From: Candidatus Hermodarchaeota archaeon | GTDB lineage: Archaea > Asgardarchaeota > Thorarchaeia > Thorarchaeales > Thorarchaeaceae | Length of the DNA: 35,023 nucleotides | Assembly (NCBI GenBank): GCA_048885865.1 | Contig: JBHLLF010000028.1 | Span: 1-35,023 of the forward strand | Direction of reading: 5' to 3' | Shown here: in pieces, positions 9,477 to 19,001 of the stretch | How positions within the stretch are numbered: position 1 is the first letter of the stretch | Layout of the letters: each line of letters opens with the position of its first letter | The notes under the pieces: generated by a model | What the model saw: only the letters and a program-made list of their open reading frames with translations | Told to the model about the DNA's origin: nothing | Databases searched by the model: none | Program-made: the position numbers and the translations under genes

Positions 9477-9773
9477 CTAATCTCTCACACCTAAGATTAC
9501 CAGATCCTCCAGTGCTTGAATGCCTCTCATTTGATTAGCTTCCAAGGATATGAACTGACTCTCTCCGAGTTCGACTTCTCTGTCACCTGACGTGATAATT
9601 GCTTTCCCTTTCAGTACAAGGAAGAACACAGAGTGATTCGCCATGTGGGGAGGGATTCTTCCTCCGTGTCCAAGGGAAATCCGCAAAACGGAATATCCCT
9701 CTCTTTCCGCCAATACGACTTTGTTCGGGCCCTTCGGGAAGACAAGGTTCTTAAAAACGTCGCCGCTAGTCAT
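9477..9773 (-). CDS. Cupin domain protein
   Basis: GGRIPPH...FFLVLKGKAIIT...VELGESQFI double-stranded beta-helix pattern, 98 aa. Confidence 0.8.
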   Translation of the reverse strand: MTSGDVFKNLVFPKGPNKVVLAEREGYSVLRISLGHGGRIPPHMANHSVFFLVLKGKAIITSGDREVELGESQFISLEANQMRGIQALEDLVILGVRD

Positions 9774-9833
9774 TGGTGTTCACGAGGATGTTGTCCACTG
9801 CTTCAGTATATAAACAATAGTTAATAGTCACAA

Positions 9834-10373
9834 TTAGATCCAGCGGCGGACATGCTTCTTGAATTCTAGATACTCAGCTCCAAATTCCTCTTCCAGAATA
9901 ATCTCTTCCCTCTTGATGAAGTGTCTCAAGACAAAATAGACAAGTACAAGGCAGACTGCAGTTACAAAGCTACTCCAAACTATCACCAATCCGAGAAGCG
10001 CCAAGAGGCCTCCTAGATATAATGGGTTCCGAGAAAACCTGTAAGGTCCCACTACGACTAGTGCTTCAGGTTTCTGCATAGGCTCTCGATTTCTTAGACT
10101 TATTCTTCCTATGTATAGCAGAGTCCAATTTGCCCATATTATCAAGAACATGCCAACTATGATTAATGGAACTCCGATGAGATTGTAGGGTTGAGGTATG
10201 ATGTCTACTGGAAATGTGAATATGTCTACGAGGACTTGTGTATCGACATCGAAGATGAAAAATGGAACAAAGATAACATAGGCTAAGATTGTTGAAAGTA
10301 TGATAATCCATAACCCTCTCAAAGCGATGTATGTTCTCGGGCGTCTTTCTTTAATCTCTTCAACGTCAACCAT
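9834..10373 (-). CDS. ICMT/PEMT-family membrane methyltransferase
   Basis: LVVVGPYRFSRNPLYLG and IKREEIILEEEFGAEYLEFKKHVRRWI. Confidence 0.9.
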   Translation of the reverse strand: MVDVEEIKERRPRTYIALRGLWIIILSTILAYVIFVPFFIFDVDTQVLVDIFTFPVDIIPQPYNLIGVPLIIVGMFLIIWANWTLLYIGRISLRNREPMQKPEALVVVGPYRFSRNPLYLGGLLALLGLVIVWSSFVTAVCLVLVYFVLRHFIKREEIILEEEFGAEYLEFKKHVRRWI

Positions 10374-10395
10374 TCAAACACCGTCTTCGCTAGCA

Positions 10396-10914
10396 TCATT
10401 GCTTCGATAACATTAGAGCTTGCTGGGCTGAATCAATCAGCCTCTTCTTTGCTTCACTAATGTGCTCTCCTAACTTCCTCAACCGGGGATCATCTGGATC
10501 TGCAGTAAAGCTATGCTCCTTGTATTGACGGACTTCATAGTTGTAAATATCAAAAACTGAAAAGGCATCAGCTAGGGCTCTTCTTAATTGAGGTGCAATT
10601 CTATCCGGAATGCCCGTTCCCTTGACTGCTGTCCAGGTTGGAGAGTACAACTCATCTATGGTGACCCGACCAGCTAATTCCTGAATCTCCCTTAATTCTG
10701 CGATTAATTCGTTCTTGACCCAATTGGCTCTTGATTCCGCTCTGTTAGCCCCGAATGCTTCTCCAAGTGCTATAGCAATAAGCACACCAAAGAACGTAGC
10801 TATCAGCTCGATAATTAGCGGTTCAGTTGGCAAGAAATCACGGATGAGAATTGTTGCTGCGGCGATAAGCACCAACGCGAAGGCCCCAATAAGCCACCAG
10901 TATGACTCTCGCAT
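10396..10914 (-). CDS. Hypothetical membrane-anchored protein
   Basis: Two N-terminal TM helices followed by a helical soluble domain. Probable start MRESYWW at 10914; the ORF is open to 10968. Confidence 0.7.
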   Translation of the reverse strand: MRESYWWLIGAFALVLIAAATILIRDFLPTEPLIIELIATFFGVLIAIALGEAFGANRAESRANWVKNELIAELREIQELAGRVTIDELYSPTWTAVKGTGIPDRIAPQLRRALADAFSVFDIYNYEVRQYKEHSFTADPDDPRLRKLGEHISEAKKRLIDSAQQALMLSKQ

Positions 10915-11223
10915 ACACTCTCGACTCTCTTCGCTCCTAATCAGTATTCTTCTTTGCCGAATCACCAAACTGGTTCATGCCTGCAATGAATCAATACATC
11001 TCCAGCTTGTCGCTTCCATTCTTCAATTAGAAGTCCCATCCAGGTTTCGAGTTCCTCAGACGGGGAATCAGAAGGATGCGCAATGTCAGCTAAAGCTTAG
11101 ACAAAGCCCGATACTTGATCACTTTGGCTAACTCATTTGACATAATTGTTGGAGAAGAAGTACTATAGAAGGAGAAGTTCAACCAGATGTGGGATGAGGG
11201 ATAAGTGCTTCCCCAGTGAGAAA

Positions 11224-11733
11224 TCACCCCCATGATACTATCCTGGTCCTCAAGAATCCTGTTAGTGTCGCAGACCAACCGGTCGATGGGCCATCAGTTT
11301 CAATCCAGAAGACGAGAACATAGGAACCAGAAGGTATACTCTCTGAGATGGGATAAGAGGATGCGCCAAAGAACCAGCCGGCCCAGAACGCATCAAGGTC
11401 ATCAATATCCCACTCTTCTCCCGTCATTATGCCGCGGACTTCCGTTATGTTGAAGATTACCTCAAATTGTTCCAATGGTAAATGATAGAGATTCCAGAAT
11501 GTGTCACAGTCTGTGTAGTTCTCACCAGAGTCTATGTTGAATTCAAAAGAGAGTTCTGCATTGGTATCTGAACTGGCCACAGCAAAGCTGGTGAAATAAT
11601 AAGCAGGGTAGAACTCAATATCTGTGTAATCCTTGTTGAAGAGTAATCTCTCTTGAGGAAGCGATAGAATTTGCAGAGCAAGGAGGACAATGATTACACT
11701 AATGACGGCTGAAGCTTTAATACTCCTCTTCAT
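11224..11733 (-). CDS. Hypothetical exported/membrane-anchored protein
   Basis: Basic plus hydrophobic N-terminal signal, then an acidic, aromatic, beta-rich domain. Confidence 0.7.
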   Translation of the reverse strand: MKRSIKASAVISVIIVLLALQILSLPQERLLFNKDYTDIEFYPAYYFTSFAVASSDTNAELSFEFNIDSGENYTDCDTFWNLYHLPLEQFEVIFNITEVRGIMTGEEWDIDDLDAFWAGWFFGASSYPISESIPSGSYVLVFWIETDGPSTGWSATLTGFLRTRIVSWG

Positions 11734-11996
11734 TTGAAATTCACACGATTGCGTAATTTTGCCATAATTATCATTAGATGAGAATTTAAACTATTGCCCA
11801 TTGATTTCGGCTTTGCTTGGACAATTTGGCTCTCTTTTGAGAAATACGCTAGTCCTTCCAGTATTCTATATAATAGAAGAGAAATCTGTTGAATGATGGG
11901 GGATTAATCAGATGTGGATGAGGGAAAGGAAATACCTAGTAGAATGAGTCGCTAGAAAATGGTATTTAAGCCAGACATGAAACCTGAGAATCTAAT

Positions 11997-13349
11997 TTGA
12001 AGATTCTTGACTACTCTCGGCTCAGAGCAAAGGAATTCACTGGGCTGTCCACGTTCCAATTTCTCGCTTTCTTCCGAAGGTCGATAGTGTATACTTTCTT
12101 GTCTATCTATCTGAGATCCCTGGGCCTCTCGACAACAGAAGTCACATTGATGGCGACTGTGGGAATGATTGGCAATACTCTTGCACAGTCATTGCTCTGG
12201 GGCAATCTGCTAGACAAGTATCGAAGACCTACCGAGTTCGTTGTCATGGGGGAATTCTTTGCAGGAGTCGCACATATCTTCATGGTTCTTGGGTATATGT
12301 TCTTTCTCGGATTGAATCAGTTGATCATCGCTGGCTATGTCATAATCTTCAGTCTAGGAGGAATTGAGGTCTTCTGGAGTATGTCAAACGTTGGATGGTC
12401 AGCGTTGATATCCGAATTGACTGAGGATGATGAAAGGAAGCAGCTGATGGGCCAATTCTCAATAATCGGAGGATTTGGAGGAATTGGTGGTGCCATTCTT
12501 GGAGGCGTTCTCTATGAAAATGGCGTAGGGTTTGCCAGCGGAATTATCTTCATTATCGCTGCTGTTGTCATGATATTCTCGAGTTTCATTGTCTACTTCT
12601 CAGTCAGATTGAGCAGGGATGAAGGACTACAGAAGAGCAGCAATTCTTCAGAGCAGTTTCCACTTAGCAATCTCTCTTCTCAGCTTCGGATGGGATTCCT
12701 TCTCTTCATAGTTGCCTTAGTATTCATCAATTTCGGAAGGAACTCGGTTGCAATCATAACAGCCCTATTCATCCAGGATCCAACAGGTTTCAATGCGACT
12801 GGAATAGAGATTGCATTCTACAGCAATGTCAGGAGTATTGCATCCATGATAGCTGGCTTGGTCGTTGGATCAGTTGTTGCCAAGGCTGATGACAACAGAG
12901 TTATGGTGATCGGAACAGCTCTTTCCATTGCCGGTATTTCCTGGTTGATAGTTGCCCCGACATTCTCCTTGGCTCTTTTGGCATCTTTTCTCAGGGGGGC
13001 ATCGGAGGTCATCATTAACGCATCAAGCTATTCCATCGTAGCTAGAATAACGCCTAAGGAGTACCGTGGTAGGCTGTTTGCCTATTACAATGCGACGTTC
13101 TTCCTAAGTTGGGGGATAGCAGCCACTCTGATTGCTGGACCAATTGCGGACATACTAATTGGTCAAGGATTCTCAAACGCAAATGCGTACAGAGGTAGTT
13201 TCGTTGCTGCTATACTTCTCATCTTCATTGGAGTGGCCATTCTCCTTTATTCGTATAGGTATATCCGGAAACACAATCTCTACGAGTTCAACGAAATCGA
13301 AGTTCCGCCTCTTGAGCCTGAAACGGACACGAGATACGAAGCTCTATAG
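11997..13349 (+). CDS. MFS transporter
   Basis: About 12 hydrophobic segments, with WGNLLDKYRR and ITPKEYRGRLFAYY loop motifs. Confidence 0.9.
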   Translation: MKILDYSRLRAKEFTGLSTFQFLAFFRRSIVYTFLSIYLRSLGLSTTEVTLMATVGMIGNTLAQSLLWGNLLDKYRRPTEFVVMGEFFAGVAHIFMVLGYMFFLGLNQLIIAGYVIIFSLGGIEVFWSMSNVGWSALISELTEDDERKQLMGQFSIIGGFGGIGGAILGGVLYENGVGFASGIIFIIAAVVMIFSSFIVYFSVRLSRDEGLQKSSNSSEQFPLSNLSSQLRMGFLLFIVALVFINFGRNSVAIITALFIQDPTGFNATGIEIAFYSNVRSIASMIAGLVVGSVVAKADDNRVMVIGTALSIAGISWLIVAPTFSLALLASFLRGASEVIINASSYSIVARITPKEYRGRLFAYYNATFFLSWGIAATLIAGPIADILIGQGFSNANAYRGSFVAAILLIFIGVAILLYSYRYIRKHNLYEFNEIEVPPLEPETDTRYEAL

Positions 13350-13544
13350 AATCCATCCCGTTATTTGACGGATTGTTTAATCGCTGGAGACTTTGGAGGA
13401 TGTGATTTCCCGTGAGACTGCTCGGTACTATCACAAGGTATCAAATCAGCTTCTGGGAGAAGCAGAAGCAACGCCCGGGATATATACAATATTTATTATT
13501 ATTATGATATATCATATACTAGGAGTGTTTATGGAGGCATTGAT

Positions 13545-13706
13545 ATGTCAAACTCTCAAGTCTGCAGATTCAGTTATAGAAACGGATCGAAGTCTTTCCG
13601 TCTCAATATTCGGTACCATCCTGTGGGCTCAAAGCAGCCAGAAGAGATAATGGCTAATTTCGTTGATATTCTTAGATATGCACTTGGTGTATCCTTAGGC
13701 AGTTAA
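13545..13706 (+). CDS. Unannotated small protein (53 aa)
   Basis: ATG at 13545 after GGAGG: MSNSQVCRFSYRNGSKSFRLNIRYHPVGSKQPEEIMANFVDILRYALGVSLGS*. An AT-rich promoter-like region lies upstream. Confidence 0.45.
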   Translation: MSNSQVCRFSYRNGSKSFRLNIRYHPVGSKQPEEIMANFVDILRYALGVSLGS

Positions 13707-13819
13707 TTCAGAATTCTTCTTCTATATCATTTATTTACACAATTGCGTCATGAGGCGCGTTCTATCGACCAGATTTGTTATAGCGCAGTAATGCCCTTTC
13801 GTTCCAGGGAATATTCAAC

Positions 13820-15304
13820 ATGGACGGCACTGAAGAGGAGATGAATGGGACCCCCGTTGATTTTGATGAGCGTTTGCCGCTAAGATCGAAGTTCGCCTTT
13901 GGTTTATCTCAGGCGTCCATTAACATCCTTCAAGTCATTGCACTAGGATCAGCAATCACTTTCTACTACAATGTTAAGTTAGGACTAGGCGAAGAATGGG
14001 TTTCTCTTGCTTGGCTATTATTTGCCTTTTGGAACGCGATTAATGATCCTCTCTTTGGAATTCTTCAAGAGAGGATTGATACGGACATCGGACGGCGGAT
14101 TCCTGTCTTGCGCTTCGGAGCCCCTGTTTATACGATTACTTTTTTCATATGCTGGTTTCCGTTCTTGGGTAGCACGCAAATAGCCCTCTTCTGGAACTTT
14201 CTACTCGTCTTGTTCCTTTTCGATTCAATGTTCACTATGGTTGGATTAGTGCAAACAGCGTTGCCTGCTGAAATGTGTTTAACGCAAGAAGCTAGGTCTG
14301 GGCTTAGTTTGTATAATGTGGTTTTAGGGTCCATTGGTGGCCTATTGGGGATGATTATTCCATTGGTCCTCCTTACCGATGAATCCACGACTGAGCTTAA
14401 TCCTCTATTCAAGCCAGTGATGGTCTTAGCAGGCTTGATTGCAGGGACAATCCTGTTTCTTTCAAGTTATGCTCTCACGGAAAACGAGTATGCCAAGACT
14501 GAGAAGCCTCTTAGCTTCAAGGATTCAATGGTTGAGACTCTCAAGAATAGGGAGTTTCTGGCATTTGAGGCAATGAATTTCCCTCGTGAGTTTGCCTTCA
14601 CGATAGTGACTGGTTCCATGATTTATTTCGTACAGTTTGTTCTGGATTTGCAGGGCTTCATGGCTTCTGTTCCCCTAGCAGCCATTTTCGTCGTTATGCT
14701 CATCTTTAGTTTCTTGGCTGACAGAATGGTGAAGAAGCGGGGATTAAAGCAGGTCTATATTATTGGATCAGTGATAGGTGGTGCTGGGCTCTTCTTATTG
14801 TTGTTCGCTGGAAGTATGCAATTGGCAGTGATGCTATGTTTTGCTGTGGTAGGAATCGGCCTAGCTCCAGTCCTCTTGATTTTCAATCCATTGTTGGCCG
14901 ACGTTATGGATTACGATGAGCTGCTAACAGGCAAAAGACGAGAAACAACTTACGCAGGAATGAACGCGCTGCTCACAAAACCAGCAATCTCTATTGCCAA
15001 TGCGCTGTTCCTGCTGATAATCAGTGGATTTGGCTTTGACAATACTCAAACTACGCAGTCAGAATCAGCAATCCTCGGAATTCAATTGGGATATTCACTA
15101 GTTCCAGCAATAGCATTCATACTTAGTGCCATTGCACTCTGGAAGTTATACAGGTTAGATGGCAAAGAGTGGATAGAAAGGAAGGTCGAATTGGGTAAGA
15201 TACGTTTGCGTAAAGAGAGGGAATACATTGAACGTCTTCAAAAAGAAGGCAAGATATCCAAGGTTTATCAGAGAATCTATAGAGAGTCCCAGGATGCGAC
15301 ATGA
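13820..15304 (+). CDS. MFS transporter, glycoside-pentoside-hexuronide (MelB-like) family
   Basis: WNAINDPLFGILQER...GRRIP, LLADVMDYDELLTGKRRETTYAG, GFDNTQTTQSESAILGI. Confidence 0.92.
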   Translation: MDGTEEEMNGTPVDFDERLPLRSKFAFGLSQASINILQVIALGSAITFYYNVKLGLGEEWVSLAWLLFAFWNAINDPLFGILQERIDTDIGRRIPVLRFGAPVYTITFFICWFPFLGSTQIALFWNFLLVLFLFDSMFTMVGLVQTALPAEMCLTQEARSGLSLYNVVLGSIGGLLGMIIPLVLLTDESTTELNPLFKPVMVLAGLIAGTILFLSSYALTENEYAKTEKPLSFKDSMVETLKNREFLAFEAMNFPREFAFTIVTGSMIYFVQFVLDLQGFMASVPLAAIFVVMLIFSFLADRMVKKRGLKQVYIIGSVIGGAGLFLLLFAGSMQLAVMLCFAVVGIGLAPVLLIFNPLLADVMDYDELLTGKRRETTYAGMNALLTKPAISIANALFLLIISGFGFDNTQTTQSESAILGIQLGYSLVPAIAFILSAIALWKLYRLDGKEWIERKVELGKIRLRKEREYIERLQKEGKISKVYQRIYRESQDAT

Positions 15305-15329
15305 CAGGCTGACCATTGAGAAGTACCTG

Positions 15330-15767
15330 TCACAATTCAATGGTATACTTTGAGCTAGTTTCGTGATGGTCGAATAGTATCTTCTTCAAATCAAGTCTAA
15401 TCAATGTGAAATTGGTGTCCTCAGGTGATTGCCAATATCCTGAGAACCAAGGGATAACTGATGCAACTTCATTGCGTGTACTCTGGTCTTCAACGATGAT
15501 GGCCTCAGCAGTCGCCCTCAAACAACCTGTCCTCTTTTCACCAGGAATGACAAAAGTAAACTCCACATTTGAGTTCCTGCGTATTTGGCTTACTTTGTCA
15601 TCTGCTGTTCTGGTGACAACCCAGAGATTATCATTGTGGACTGTTAATGCCATCATTCGTACACGTGGTTGGTCCTCATCCAAGGTTGATAGGTGCACCA
15701 ATCCCCCCGCCTCGAATAGCGGCCACACTTCGGAAAGCGGCATTCTTTCAGGATAGGTCTTCTTCAT
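15330..15767 (-). CDS. Pyridoxamine 5'-phosphate oxidase-like flavin-binding protein
   Basis: VHLSTLDEDQPRVRMM, TRTADDKVSQIRRNSNVEF, YWQSPEDTNFTLIRL. Likely start at 15767. Confidence 0.85.
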   Translation of the reverse strand: MKKTYPERMPLSEVWPLFEAGGLVHLSTLDEDQPRVRMMALTVHNDNLWVVTRTADDKVSQIRRNSNVEFTFVIPGEKRTGCLRATAEAIIVEDQSTRNEVASVIPWFSGYWQSPEDTNFTLIRLDLKKILFDHHETSSKYTIEL

Positions 15768-15834
15768 AATGAGGATGAAACATGGCGGGATAAAAAGGTA
15801 CAACATCCAAGCAAGTCTTGTGCTTGGCATTGAC

Positions 15835-16668
15835 TTAGCCGGCCAGAGTCCACACGTAACCTTTCTTTTCTCTTGATAGCCTCTTGGTGATTCTTTCCTC
15901 TTGTTCCAGCAGAATTAGATTTCTAGGGACACGATCCTTGCACTCATCTGATTCCTTAGAAGCCTCTTCAATGATTTCTGATGTCGTTGCTTCGCCAAGA
16001 CGTTCTAGGATTCTGATGACCCTCTGCTTGGTATCAGGGCTTTCAAGATCCATACGCAGTGCCTTTATGATGAGTGTGAATGCGAGAGCAACTTCTGCGA
16101 TGACTGCAAAAATCACTCCGTAAGTCGACAACCAAATAGCGCCAGACATGATAGTATGAGTCAGACTTTGGAAGATGTAGCCAATTGAACCACCAATTAT
16201 CAGCGAAATGCCCAGCACCCTTCCAAGGTAGCCTGATATGAAAACCAAATACCCTACTGCTATCAGGTGAAGTCCAAAGATGGCTATTCCAAAGAGCAAC
16301 ACTTGGTAGAAGAATGGTATCTCGGCGAACAGCAATACCATACCTGCAATGAAGATTAACAGCTCTATCCACCGCAATCCTTGGGCAATTCTGGAAAGAT
16401 TCTCATTCACTGAAGTTAGAACATTGTTCAGTGGAAAAGGAATAATCAGGCTAAAGAGCGACAAGAAGAAAAGAGCGGCGAACACCCCAATGAGGAGAAA
16501 TACATTGGCTTTGACACCCTGAATTGCAGTTAACATGGCTTCTCCTGGAACATAGTACAGTGAATTCAAAGAGAGAAATACGAGAGCACCAAGTGCTATT
16601 CTAATTAGGATGAATATTCCTGAATTCCTTGCGCACCCTCGCCTTTCTAAGGACAATCCTTGACTCAA
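15835..16668 (-). CDS. Multi-pass membrane protein (DUF4386-like) with C-terminal winged helix
   Basis: About 6-7 TM segments (HLIAVGYLVFISGYLGRVLG), then RVIRILERLGEATTSEIIEE...LEQEERITKRLSREKKGYVWTL. Confidence 0.7.
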   Translation of the reverse strand: MSQGLSLERRGCARNSGIFILIRIALGALVFLSLNSLYYVPGEAMLTAIQGVKANVFLLIGVFAALFFLSLFSLIIPFPLNNVLTSVNENLSRIAQGLRWIELLIFIAGMVLLFAEIPFFYQVLLFGIAIFGLHLIAVGYLVFISGYLGRVLGISLIIGGSIGYIFQSLTHTIMSGAIWLSTYGVIFAVIAEVALAFTLIIKALRMDLESPDTKQRVIRILERLGEATTSEIIEEASKESDECKDRVPRNLILLEQEERITKRLSREKKGYVWTLAG

Positions 16669-16909
16669 TCAATCTCCTCCAGATTCTTCTCTAAGGGTAT
16701 TACAATAGATGTTGTCTAATTCCATCAATGTCCTGCAGCAAGCCACAAATAAACTGTTAGGGATTGGAGATAATCCCTTTCATTGACATTAGCCGTTCCC
16801 TAATATGACTAATTTCCCTGATAGTCAAGCTTTCGACCATCGCTGGCTTCCAATTCCCCTATCATGCTTATTAAGTGGCTTCAACATGTTCATCTTATGC
16901 GTGACTGTG

Positions 16910-17791
16910 ATGCATCTAAAAGGAATTGAGAAACTGCGAGAGAAATTGCCCGACTACCCTGGAAACCGAATAGGCTTCATTCTTCTAAAGGGTTTCTTTG
17001 GGATGATATTGGGCTACTCCATCATGATATTCCTAGACATAGTTGCCCGCATTCTTCCCGACATCGCCTTTCTAGGGTCCATTGAACCCTATTTGCCGTT
17101 TGTTGGCAGTGCCATTGTTGGAGGAGTTGGAATATTACTCATCAGAAGAATCTGGGACCTTCGGGATGAAAGGAAAAGGGAATACGGGGATTTGGCATAT
17201 CAGAAAATGATTCCGATTGGAGTATCGGGGGTCTTCCTTGTCCCCGCGGTTATCTTCCATGCGTTTACATCTATTCGATCCCTACCACCTGGACCTCCCA
17301 TTAACGATCTGACATCTCTTTGGTCACAATCCCTTCTCGCAATAGTTGGTATTCCGACAGAGATTGATGTCATTCTTCGGCTGGCAATCAGCTCAATTCT
17401 TATCCTCATTGGTATCCTGCTTGTAAGGAGTGCAATCTTGACTTTTGGGATAGACTACATGACAGTTGTCTACCTATACTTCCCAGAAGAATCGAAAATC
17501 CAACAGAGTGAGATCTACTCTGTCATTCGCCACCCCGCCTACCTTGCTGTTGTTCTCTTTGGAATGGCGGCCCTTTTCTTCAGGCTTTCTGTCTATTCGA
17601 TTGGATTCTGCGTCATTATCTATGCATTGCTGAGGCTCCATATCCGAAGAGAAGAGAGGGAGCTTATTGAGAGGTTTGGAGATGGTTATTCTGATTATAT
17701 GAGGAGGGTTCCGGCGCTATATGTTCGTCCAAAGAATTATGGCAAGTTTTTCAGGTTCCTCAGGGGAAGTGATTTAGCGGAAGTGAGTTAG
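16910..17791 (+). CDS. ICMT/PEMT-family membrane methyltransferase (long form)
   Basis: IYSVIRHPAY and IRREERELIERFGDGYSDYMRRVP. Likely start MHLKGIEKLR at 16910; the ORF is open from 16805. Confidence 0.85.
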   Translation: MHLKGIEKLREKLPDYPGNRIGFILLKGFFGMILGYSIMIFLDIVARILPDIAFLGSIEPYLPFVGSAIVGGVGILLIRRIWDLRDERKREYGDLAYQKMIPIGVSGVFLVPAVIFHAFTSIRSLPPGPPINDLTSLWSQSLLAIVGIPTEIDVILRLAISSILILIGILLVRSAILTFGIDYMTVVYLYFPEESKIQQSEIYSVIRHPAYLAVVLFGMAALFFRLSVYSIGFCVIIYALLRLHIRREERELIERFGDGYSDYMRRVPALYVRPKNYGKFFRFLRGSDLAEVS

Positions 17792-17889
17792 CTAGTCTAT
17801 TTCGCAGATGAACCCTCTGAATTCATGAAAAGATTCTTGTTCCTGCGGTCCATTACTCAGTTTCTAGAATAAGCAGGGACTCGTCAGAT

Positions 17890-18912
17890 ATGAAGGTCTT
17901 GGGATACGCAGCAAGAGGAGTTGGACAGGCGTTAGAGCCATTCACGTTTACGCCGCCCAAACTGGGCGAACATGATGTCCGGGTTTCGATAACGCACTGT
18001 GGTATGTGCCATTCCGACATCCATGCCATCGACAACTACTATGGAATAACGACCTTTCCCTTTGTCCCAGGTCATGAGGTAGTTGGGCATGTATCGGATG
18101 TTGGTCGCGAGGTATCTGACGTAGAAAAAGAGGATCGGGTAGGCATCGGCTGGCAAGGCCGTTCTTGCATGCAATGTGAGTGGTGCCTACAGGGTGAGGA
18201 GCAACTCTGCATGGATATTGTTCCGTCAGGAACTTGGGTGCCCTACGGCGGCTTTTCCACCTCTATCAGTGTGGACAGCCGCTTTGCCTATCCGCTTCCA
18301 GATGCCATGCGCTCTGAGGTGGCCGCAGTGCTCATGTGTGCCGGCATTACAGTTTATTCCCCACTCCAATCGCACGCAGCGAAAAAAGCACAGAAAATTG
18401 GCATCATCGGTGTGGGAGGGCTGGGCCACCTTGCATTGCAGTTCGCCCACGCGCTCGATTACGAAGTAACCGCTATTTCCTCGTCTCCCGATAAGGAGGA
18501 CCAAGCCCATGCCTTTGGAGCAGACCATTTCATCGATTCGCATGATGAGGCCAGCTTGCAGAAATCTGAGTTTGGCTTTGACATGCTGCTATGCACCGCT
18601 TCCGGCAAGATAAACTGGGGACTGTTGTTAAACACATTGAAGAAGAATGGGCGTTTTGTTCTTATTGGATTCCCAGACGTATCCTTCAATTCGACTGATC
18701 TGGTGGCGCACCAACTGTCGATTACGGGGTCATTCCTTGGCAATCGGGCTACAATGCGGGAGATGCTCTCGTTTGCGCAGAAACACGACATCGTGCCCAA
18801 AGTAGAGTTGATGCCGATGACGGATGTAAATGAAGCAATTCGAAAGGTGAGAGAGAACAAGGCACGCTATCGAATCGTGCTATTCAACGACATCGCCGAA
18901 AAGGGAGTCTAA
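17890..18912 (+). CDS. Zn-dependent NAD(P) alcohol dehydrogenase/aldehyde reductase (YahK/Ahr-like MDR)
   Basis: CGMCHSD, PGHE, the structural Zn site CMQCEWC..C, MCAGITVYSPL, GVGGLGH, ARYRIVL. Confidence 0.95.
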   Translation: MKVLGYAARGVGQALEPFTFTPPKLGEHDVRVSITHCGMCHSDIHAIDNYYGITTFPFVPGHEVVGHVSDVGREVSDVEKEDRVGIGWQGRSCMQCEWCLQGEEQLCMDIVPSGTWVPYGGFSTSISVDSRFAYPLPDAMRSEVAAVLMCAGITVYSPLQSHAAKKAQKIGIIGVGGLGHLALQFAHALDYEVTAISSSPDKEDQAHAFGADHFIDSHDEASLQKSEFGFDMLLCTASGKINWGLLLNTLKKNGRFVLIGFPDVSFNSTDLVAHQLSITGSFLGNRATMREMLSFAQKHDIVPKVELMPMTDVNEAIRKVRENKARYRIVLFNDIAEKGV

Positions 18913-19001
18913 GCAAGAAGGAAAATGCGCTAGTGAACAAGTTTAAGGTCACCTGGCTTTGGAATCATCTTAGGGCAGTCACTACTCTTTGAGGAATCAT
19001 T

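Noticed and set aside
10964-11143. Broken minus-strand reading frames that look protein-like
   Set aside because: No recognisable family; cannot be told from non-coding DNA without a search.
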